A DNA stretch of 64,000 bases from Acanthaster planci (Eukaryota). The notes beneath the pieces were generated by a model. That model saw only the letters and a program-made list of their open reading frames with translations, was not told the origin of the DNA and searched no databases. Shown one piece after another: positions 54,447 through 64,000 of this stretch. Numbering within the stretch: position 1 is the stretch's first letter; each line of letters opens with the position of its first letter. Position numbers and translations under genes: made by a program. The stretch covers positions 3,620,228 through 3,684,227 of the forward strand of contig NW_019091357.1 in the NCBI RefSeq assembly GCF_001949145.1. The letters run 5' to 3'.

Positions 54447-57110
54447 CTTGAAAGAAGGACAACACTTCTTCAAAGAAAAAGAACCGGGAAAACATGTATT
54501 GTCGCATCACCTAACGACAGCATGATGGCGGTTATAAAGGATGGTGTAAACCCGCGTGCTCCGGACACCTTTTTCAACTAAACAAAACACGAGGTCGCAC
54601 TTTTCAACGCTGACAAGATTTGCCCGGCGTTTTTGTCAGTCTGGCACGTTCGCAGGTTGAGGTAAGAGCTAGTAGTTAGCTTTAGCGTTTCGTTTTATAA
54701 TTTGGTACTTCGCTTTTCCCCATATCCTTTTCAGTTTCTATTTAAACGCATGTACTCTTTTTGTGGTATTAGTAAAAATCTGAATAACACGATCCTTGTT
54801 ACTCGTGGTTTTTAAAGTATCTGAAATAAAATTCTTTAAATAATGACTGTTACATAAAAGAGTTACACTTGTTTACGGAGAGAGGAACACTTCCTCCCGC
54901 ACAGTAGGTTTGGGGAAATTCACTTGACATTTCACCTTTTTCTTGGGACAGAAAACGTTACGGGGACAAAGAAAATATCTCCACAACTCAGTCCAAATTT
55001 ACCTAACAAAAGAACTTGTCCCCTTAACACGGTGAATGCCTACCCACAAGACCGTGACAAAGTTAAGTCAACTTTCATCCAACAAAATTCTTCCAAATTC
55101 CCGCAAAGCAATGATGAGGACCTCAACATGTCACCAGCCCAAACTGATGTTTCGATTCATATTTTAAATGAGTATTTCCTACCAAACTGTACACCAGACA
55201 GTGATTCAAATGGTTCAGTCTTGGTGATGAGACCCGACTGGTGCAACTTTCTAAAGATGACGAAGCACTAAGTACAGTCTGGCGGCATGATTACGGAGAG
55301 AACGTGTGGAAACAGGAAAAAAAAGGCACCAGCGATTTTTTTTGACAAAGTGGCACCAAACCAAACGATGGAATACCTGTGCATCAGTCTAATTTGTTGT
55401 GGTTCACGTCAATGCTATTGGAGACTCCCATATTTTTGGACCAGAGGAATGGTGACGATGGTAAAATGTCCAGTTCGGGCAGTTTTCATTGATGTTGGAC
55501 GCATTTCAGATGTACTGTAAGTCTTAGACGAAGGTCAGTTAACAATAGCCTGGTTTGACTCCTTTTTTTTTTTTTGGTCTTTTCTGCAGAGAAGACCTTG
55601 GTTTAACAGCAAAGACAGGCCAAGTGGTTTCGTATAAGATTAAGAGATACTGAACGTTTTGATAGTTTAGTCTGATCATGTGCAGTGCCCCATGCACACC
55701 TGCCTAACATTTTATCCAGCGTACACTATAGCCACCGCAATGTACAATGTAGAATCCTGTGAGGATTCGTGAGCCTGTTTCCACACCCCAGGCTAAAGGG
55801 TGTAGGGGAAAAAGTACAGTGAACCAGGGCGTCGCTGAATTTTTTTGTGTCCCCGTATCCGTGCAGTGATCTAATTGGGAGTTAATGCCACTAGACACAG
55901 ACCTATCCCTCGATTTCCAGTTTCAATTAAGGGAGGCTCGCCCACGCGCGCTCGGTCGGCCGACATGGACGTGAAATGTCACATTGTGGCTTATAACGGC
56001 AGTATTTTATGTATAAAACATGCTGAGCCAGTATTTCGTGAAGCTGGATTTACACTTCTCACGCAGGGGGTGCACTAATTACGATAATTCATAAGCTAAA
56101 AAGACCGAACTCAACTAATGGGATGATCACTTCTTCATATAATTAGTCTTTAATGTGACAGCCTGTAACGAGCGGGTTTTAATACATTTCCTAAGGAGAC
56201 AGCTTTAGCGTCACACTAGGTGAAACTTTTAGGGGCAACCCGGGGTACACATGCACATGTTTTGAGGGGGCACCGAAAGGTATATATAGGTTGTGCGCAT
56301 TTCAACATTTTCAGGGCGGGGGAGACACCCCGAGGGCACGGACCGGACCTCCACAGGGGGAAGGGGGAGCACGTGCCTCTCTAAAAATGCGACATCTGGA
56401 AAGGCCAGTTTGTATACATTTTTTCTTCAGTTAAACTGCAGAGGCTTAAATTCAGTGTCGTGGGTTCCCGACCCATCATCTGATCATGATGCGCCAAGTC
56501 TAGTCAGTAGTCAGTGGACTTCCGGAGTTGCCCAATCGGTCATGACCACGATCCCTGCCAGTCATGCAAAGCAATATTGCATGGTACTGTAAATGTAGGA
56601 TGGCACCGATATTGCCATTATTACGCACACCGTGTACAACGTATTCTATTAGGCCTATGTTATCATTACCAATTTTCTAAACTTTGCCCCCTTATACAGG
56701 TTCACAAAGAAAAGCTATTGCAACGCACCCATCAAATTAACGGAGCCCTACCTCCCACCTGTACCCCAAGATGAAGCCTACTTTTAATCTTTGTCCAGAC
56801 AGTTCCCTAAGATCAGTTCTAAACCTACCACGCTTCTTCGATTGTGCAAGTGCGGAAAAGGTCGAGGGAAACAAATTATTAACGATATTCTGATGGCAAA
56901 CATTACACCAAGACATTTTGAGAGACGGACAAAAATTTATGACATTTTGCGAAGCAGTCTCGACAGACAAACGAAGAAAGGTAAGAATGGCTAGGACCAT
57001 GGAGGAAGGAAAAGACGGGCACACACTTTAGCCACACAACTGACAGCAACACAGACAGGGTAATATTATTACGTTTACCTGGCCCATGGAGCTACGTACG
57101 CCATTTTGTT
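54447..57110 (-). ncRNA. Candidate spliced lncRNA (or long 5' leader) divergent from ENOSF1
   Basis: The first exon ends at donor CAG|GTAAAC (57079). There is an acceptor at 56587, and exon-like units at 55377-55514 and 54447-54577 (TTTTGTTTAG ... AAG|GTAAGC). These units have stops in all three frames. Inferred from splice signals only. Confidence 0.3.
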
Positions 57111-57435
57111 GCGACCACGTGCTGGAGTCCAGCCCAGGCCTGTGGAGGGCATTTCACTTGCACGGTCAGACCATGGAGGTCGGACTCTTGCAACATGCAG
57201 CTGTCATTTTGTCCTGTCAGATTTCGCCTGCTCCTGGTAACCCCAGTTGCCAGGGAGACTTCAACACTCCACAAGAATTAAGATTAAGAGTAGGTATTAG
57301 TCGTTGCCAAGTCCGTTTTGCCAGTAATAAACAAAACCGTAAAAAATAGCCCTGTTCGTCATTTTCGCATTTGCTAGTTTTTACACAGCGCCCTCTCGTA
57401 GAAAGGGGGCGTGATTGACTATCCAAGATGGCGGC
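57095..57435. promoter_or_regulatory. ENOSF1 promoter, probably bidirectional
   Basis: YY1-type motif AAGATGGCGGC over the ENOSF1 ATG (57425-57435) and an oppositely oriented AAAATGGCG at 57099-57107. CTCF-like motif at 57386-57401. Confidence 0.5.
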
Positions 57436-60400
57436 CCCCATCTGTGTGACAAATGTCGAAGTGAAGGACGTGCGATTCCCAACATCTTTGGAACAACATG
57501 GTTCAGATGCAATGGTAAAATTGACTCATTCAGTACACTTCGCCAGATTAGGCATGTTGGTTTCTGCTGCGTAACGTTGCATAGGCATATAGCCTAGCAA
57601 TGTAGCATATAAATTTGGGCCAGTTTCAACGTTTCACTGTTGCCATGTTCACGCGTATTCGGATCGCGATCAGTGGTCTGTCGTTGGTGAACTGGCATCA
57701 TGGAGGTGAAATTTTAAAGCCATGCTGACACCAAAGCCTGCGTAATGGATGGAGCGAGCCAGCAATGGGATCACTGTACTGATCAAGATCCATATCCGTG
57801 TGAAACAAACTGGCCCAAAGTAGAGGTAAACAGGTAAACAAACATGATATACAGAAGTGAAATGTCTCAGCTTTTTTGCTGATTCAGCTTTTTTGTTTTG
57901 CGTTTCAGTTTTTTTTATCACTGGCTGTGTAAAAAGTATAGGAGATTTTCACAGTTCAGCTTCTGTTTCCTTTTTCAGCTGTTTCCAGCTGTTTTTATCA
58001 ATGGTCAATCTCACCCCTGATTATAGGACCTACTGAAGCTTGGAGCCTCTGATTAGGCCTAAACAAGTAAACATGGATTAAAGTCTGAATCTTAATCGTA
58101 TAGCTTACATGTAGTTGGCAAGGCATCCATTAGGAAACATCTCACCAACTTGATCGTTAATTTATGTCGCAGAGATGGACATGTAATCTGTATAAGCCTA
58201 GCATATTTGAAAGTGTCAAATAATTTGATGAGCTCCACTCTAATGGTAACAGATTGATGAGATGGAAGACCGTTCCAATCTTTGAAGTTACTTCAGGTCA
58301 CAATCACTTATCATTGCCTGTGGTCATGATTGTGCCAGACTCAAGTCTCCCTGCGAACATTATTTTAGTGATGTTTCTAACCTTTGTAACTGTACATGTC
58401 ATCAAATGCAATGTACCTTCTTGACTTTAATTTATAATTGAAATGTATGATGAAGAAACCAAAGCACTGCATCACACCGTTTTGTTGTTACTTTGGTTAC
58501 AGCACACAGACCCTGACTATTCCTGTGCATATGTCATCATCACAACCAATGATGCTGACAATGAGCTTACTGGCCACGGACTGACCTTTACCATTGGGCG
58601 AGGCACAGAAATCGGTAAGTACATGGAAAAACTTCTTTCAAATTTGTGGCCATAATGTTTGGTTTTGTGGCCATAATGTTTGTTTGTTTGTTTGTGAAGT
58701 TTGTTTGCCTTTTTCATTCCTTTGTCACTGTTCACTCTGTTACTTGTGACTAGTCTTGCGATGGTCTCAACTACAACACTGGATTGGTTTATTGCGCCCA
58801 TGTTTAGTTTTAAGCTAATAATGAGGTTGAGCCCAGGCCAGACATGGGCTTGAGCAGGCCTTGAAATAGTCAAGATCAAAGCATTATTTGGCTAGCTTTA
58901 GAAGTGTTGAGTAAACTTTCCATCCCTTTTGCCTCAGTGGTTGCTGCAGTCAAGGCCCTGGCACCGTTTGTCACTGGCAAGGCCCTCTCAGACATCTACG
59001 ACAACTTTGCCAACTTCTACCGCATGTTGACAAGTGAACCTCAGCTGAGATGGGTCAGTTCACTGGCATTAATCTGTCTCAAAAACCAAATCTTCGTCTA
59101 AAACTGGAAACAATTTCTAAGTGTGGACGAGAGTGGGACTGCTTTGGCTGTCAGCTGCATCTTATGTGGCAAGCCACTGTCGGTAATCAGTGGAGGATGT
59201 AGGTTCAAAAAATTAAACGAATACAGAGTTACAGAAGGGGCCATGGCCCTACGTGTTGTGTTCCTGTATTTTAGTGAACCTTAATCACCTATTGCTGCCA
59301 AAATGGACGTTCATTCCTTCGTGTCTTTTCCTGTCAAGAAATTCACTCAGTGCTCACCAACCTAAAGAAGCATTCTGGCGGTTCACCACATTTAACTTGT
59401 CTCTCCCCGAGTATTAAAACTAGCCACTAAGCTCCAAAATCTGGCCATCAAGTTTAAGATTGATTGTGCTCCATTCACATTCTGGATTATCTCATCTGAC
59501 ACAACAGCCTGAAAAAAGCTGTTTCTGAATGTGCAAAATTGCTGTCAAAATAAAAAACCCACATTGCCAGAAATGAACAAGACTTGAAGTGCGTACAGAA
59601 AGGAGGGGCTCATAGGTGGGCCCTAAACCCCATGCTGAGGGTTTGCCTTGCCTCCAACATTTTATCCGTCCCCATCAAGTTTAACATTCAGAACTTGGAC
59701 AAACTACCTCGATTTATCAACATTTCTCCTTGTATGTCTTCCAGGTGGGACCAGAGAAAGGCGTCATTCACCTCGCCACTGCTGCCATTCTCAATGCATT
59801 ATGGGACTTGTGGGCCAAGCGGGAGGGCAAGCCGGTATGGAAGCTCCTGGCTGACATGGTGAGCAGCCAACGTATTCTTTGCCTCCCCCCAAACTTTCAT
59901 ATGTCAGAAAGATTCTCTAACAGAGAGAAATTGCAGGCAGTGCCACCCTGATCTCTTCAGATCATATCGGGCCTGTTTGTTTCACATGGATCTGCATCTC
60001 GATCAGTGGTCTTGATGCTGGTTTGCTCCGTCTGTTAGGTGAATGCTGGTGTCAATAAACCAGCAAGTGATTACTTGATACTGATCCACACCCGAATCTG
60101 TGTGAAACATCGTGTTGGAGTGAGTAGTTTCACACTAACCATAGAATTGCTGTTTCAAATGTTATTTAGAGTTTCAAAAACACTAACACCAATGTTGAAT
60201 TGCAGAAGAAAACAGTTAGCTTTCTTTACTATATTTTTAACCAGGAACCAGAACAAATTGTAAACTGCATCGATTTCAGATATATGTAAGTATAAAAATG
60301 CTTGTTACGATTTAGTGGTACAACACTTTGCAATTTCTGCATGATTCTGAGATGTTTCCCAAATGAAAAAAAACAGTTGCATCATCCCCATTAAAGGTTG

Positions 60401-63400
60401 CCATAAATACAATTTATTTTAAGCATTTTAGAAAATAAATTGCATAATATTTAAACTCATTTTTCCCCACTTTATTGGACCATGCCTTTGTGAACATCCA
60501 GCACAGATGCTTTGACAAAGGAGGAAGCATTAGAGATACTGAGGAGCAATCAAGCCACCAAGAGAGAGAGAGGTAGACAGTATTTCTTTTCCTAGGGAAT
60601 GGTTTTGATCTTAATTCCAACCCTCTATCCCTGACTTGATCGCAGACCTGACTGAAGTTACCTTTTGAGCAGTTTTACTACTCTGGACATTATGCGTAAT
60701 TTACCTCATCTTGAAGCAGAAGACAGTCTGGTCGGCCGTAGCAATGCCAAAATCAAATTAAAAATGGTCACCATGATTGTAGGTACTGAAGCTATTATTC
60801 CTCTCAGAAATCACCCTACCACATTTGCAGGCAACAAAAAACAAAAAGCAGAGCCTTTGAAAGTAAAAAACTTGTGTTACAAGTTAACCAATGACTGTTT
60901 GTCCTCGTTTAATAGGCCTGTACAGGGCGCAACTCTAAGATTACTTGTTTGCTTTCCTATGTTGCTCGCTGGTCCGTGGACTCCCACTGGCTCCCTAGAA
61001 GTGCCCACAAAAGTGTGACCTCTTCAGTACAGAGATCTACTGACACAGCCCTAGTTAATCCATCCTATGCCTTCGCATCAAGCTTGGCTTGACACAGGGA
61101 AGCTACTCAAATGATCCTGAGAGGAGAAGAGGTGTCTACTGGCGCCCCTTGCCTCCACCCGAACTTCCTTTCCGTCCAGGATTCATTTTCAATGAGCTGT
61201 TCACCAGAAAATTGTAACAATAAAATTTCAATACTTAGAAAGAACCAGTGAAGAACAAGTCAAAGGCAGTTTACATCACATGAAATTTCAGCCAATCATC
61301 TGTTTTTCGCTAAGCAGGCGTTTCCTGCTAAATCTCTTATTTCAGAACAAACGCTACTAAAGGATGGCTACCCTGCTTACACAACCTCGACTGCCTGGCT
61401 GGGCTACAGTGATGAAGTGCTGCTACAAGTATGTACCTCCAGTAGCTGAACCACTCAGCCCCCATCCCCTCCCAATGAAAGACTTTCTCTCAAAGAAAGA
61501 AAGCAAGGGAGTCAGTTGAGTTGAAAAAGGGTGTGGAGAGGTTACTATAATATACACAATTAAGTTCAAAATAGTGCAGCAAAGTTTCTAAAAGTTCTTG
61601 GACACAACACACCTTGCATGCTAGTAGCATGACATCCAATAGTTGCTGGAGGCTAAAAACTGTAATTCTAGATATCGGGGCCTTGATAATTTTGTATTAA
61701 AACAAAATACAAAACTATGGCCATATCTGAAATGAGCTAGCCAAAGCTATGGTTTTGTACATTGGCAGCCACACTGTGCCCACATATGTACAATTACAAC
61801 CAGTAAAGGCCTAGACCTCTAGCCTTATGTACTTGATTCAGATGCAACTCATGATTCTTGATTATTTTGCTAGTCCTTTGTCTCTTTAATATCAAGCGCT
61901 GCAGGAAGGCCTTGTCCGAAGGCTGGACCAAATTTAAGATGAAGGTTGGGTCGGACCTGGCAGACGACATTCACCGAGCAGAGCTGTTACGCAACGAGAT
62001 TGGATACGACAAAATTCTTGTAAGTGGGCGGAATTTTGCTAATGACAGTCTTTCTGTAGGCTTAATTTGTATTGCTAAAGGTCACTTGGTTCTTTTCAAA
62101 TTCTATTTGGTCATTCATGCCATGCATACATGTAAAACTCAAGCCAAGTCTGACATGTCTGCAGAAAAAGTTGTCTGGTTACTTAGCCCATGGAGGAAGG
62201 ACCATACAGGATAAAATGTGTAAAATATAAAAATATGTAAAAGAACACTTGATACATTAAACTAAAAACCAACAAAACACGATTTGCAAATGTAACACAG
62301 ATGAAAAAATCATTAGAAAGTCAAAAACTGACCACAACAAATTATGTAAAAGGAATTCCAATATACACTAAGAATTGTATACGTGTACACATTGGCTGTT
62401 CTGCCACTGCTTGTATTTGTGTGCTTTTTAAGTATATAGGAGTTTTATGGGTTCACATGACAGTTTGTTGAGTGCACAGTAATAATGACGTATCTCAGAC
62501 AGCAGAGAGGGCATTGCATTTTGAATTTCCCTCTGTAAAGCTGCCGTGATTGACTTTTTTCCCGTGCGCCAGATGATGGATGCTAACCAGAAGTGGGGAG
62601 TGGACGAGACCATCGAGTGGATGGGCAAGTTGGCCATGTTCAAACCCCTGTGGATTGAGGAGCCAACTTCTCCGGATGACATCCTGGGCCATGCTAAGAT
62701 TGTTCAGGTATGTCGTCACGGCGTGTGGAAGGCTTCACCTTAGTGCCTCAAAATAACAATGTCTACTGCATTTGGCTTGGGCTTCTTGTCCATCCACAGT
62801 GATATAAATAATAACAGATTTTTTCAGGTTCATAAACTTTACCATATAAATGTACCACCTGCTCTGGATCCTTGTTCAGAGTCAATCAAAGTTATTGTCA
62901 GTTTTATTTTATTGCCAGAAAGGAATGGTCCTCCCATTTGTCCTTAATGCTTTTCATGTTCATCCGTCAGGCCATGAAGCCCCTTGGCATCGGGGTGGCT
63001 ACCGGGGAACACTGCCAAAACCGAGTCATGTTCAAGCAGTTCCTGCAAGCCGGTGCCCTGCAGTACTGCCAAATTGACAGCTGTCGCGTTGGCAGCATCA
63101 ACGAGCTGCTCTCCATCATCCTCATGGCCAAGAAATTTGGAGGTCAGTAGATATACATTGTAGATATTAAATTATCAAAATTATCAAACTGTTTAATACC
63201 TCCACTTCCTCATGTGTCATAGTTTAGTAACCACTGCGTTTCGAACTAGGGTGTTACTTCTAGGGTGTTACCTCTAAGACTGTAAGTTTTCTGTGCATTG
63301 CCGTAAAAATCATGATTCCCACTATATCGCTGGTATATTTAATGAAGTCGTGAGGTTTCAGGACTGTATTCCTTCATTGGAAGTCAAAACCACAGAGTTT

Positions 63401-63795
63401 GAAAGGAAGAAGTAATGTTTGAGTTTGCATGATATTTATCTGCAGTTCCGGTTTGCCCCCATGCCGGAGGGGTGTCGCTTTGTGAGCTGGTGCAGCACGT
63501 CATCATGTTTGACTACCTGTGCGTGTCGGCTACACTGGAGAACAGGTAAGGCAAGCTTCATTGCCTGGGGACTTGTTTCCTAGACCTTGAAGATTACTTT
63601 ACTTACAGATTACTCTGTGCATATGTACATGTACTTATGCTTTAGACAACGCAGTCATGTACATCTTGTGTCATTGCTAATAATTTTCATTATCCTTTGA
63701 TTCTCTCTGTCAGAGTGTTGGAGTACGTTGACCACCTGCATGAGCATGCCAAGTATCCCATTGTCATGAAGGACACGTGCTACACACCTCCGAAG
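57428..63795 (+). CDS. ENOSF1: Mitochondrial enolase superfamily member 1 (L-fuconate dehydratase / rTS-beta); 12 coding exons in the window, 3' end beyond the window
   Basis: Exons 57428-57514, 58503-58614, 58938-59053, 59745-59858, 60245-60285, 60502-60572, 61346-61428, 61897-62019, 62573-62707, 62971-63142, 63446-63545 and 63714-63795 are GT-AG and phase-compatible (412 codons). Motifs: [89 protein letters not shown]. Confidence 0.96.
57698..58019. mobile_element. Possible degenerate TIR element in ENOSF1 intron 1
   Basis: Left CATGGAGGTGAAATT; reverse complement of the right end CAGGGGTGAGATT. TCAG(C)TTTTT-like motifs repeat inside. Confidence 0.3.
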
Positions 63796-64000
63796 GTAAA
63801 CCTATCCATTGGCGTGTACTTTGCAAGTTAGGGTCGAGCCACAAGCACCGCTGTGCCACTGTGGCTTCCCTATGGTGTTGTGTAATGTTGGAACATATAG
63901 TCTCAGGTTGCTTGCTTCTGAAAGTTTGGTCTGCAGCTAGCAGTGGCACACGCATTTATGGGAAGTGGCTGCAGTCGCTAGACACTAGCTTTCCTAGGCA

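Noticed and set aside
55024..55040. TTAACACGGTGAATGCC resembles the 3' part of miR-124, which lies near BHLHE22/23 in vertebrates
   Set aside because: The seed (AAGGCAC) is missing and there is no complementary 5p arm. I saw no miR-124 elsewhere in the window.
55111..55147. ATGATGA ... CTGA resembling C/D boxes
   Set aside because: The boxes are only ~35 nt apart with no terminal stem.
55676..55765. Minus-strand hairpin-ANANNA-hairpin-ACA pattern resembling an H/ACA snoRNA
   Set aside because: It is only ~85 nt and the hairpins are too short to form guide pockets.
56230..56586. Minus-strand frame with four in-frame TGA codons and no TAA/TAG, suggesting a selenoprotein
   Set aside because: The sequence resembles no selenoprotein family, has no UxxC/CxxU context, runs into repeat-like DNA, and I found no SECIS. 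Chance is sufficient.

Overview
This is eukaryotic DNA with spliceosomal GT-AG introns. It is AT-rich and most consistent with an invertebrate bilaterian; the species cannot be determined from the sequence. Three protein-coding genes are well supported. (1) An intronless Beta3/BHLHE22-23-family neural bHLH gene (18095-19012, minus) lies in a ~30 kb non-coding region with several GC-rich candidate enhancer islands. (2) A thiopurine S-methyltransferase (TPMT)-family gene has six coding exons (32878-36604, minus, 332 aa) and an unusual ~108-aa N-terminal extension carrying an NLS-like motif. (3) ENOSF1 (L-fuconate dehydratase / rTS-beta) has 12 coding exons from 57428 (plus) and runs off the right edge. 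ENOSF1 appears to share a bidirectional promoter with a candidate spliced non-coding transcript on the minus strand. The rest holds several palindromic/TIR MITE-like elements (one family in two copies), a tRNA-derived SINE and simple repeats. I found no prokaryotic system, CRISPR array, rRNA or intact tRNA, and no clearly novel biological system. The best leads are the extended TPMT, the divergent spliced RNA and the MITE group.
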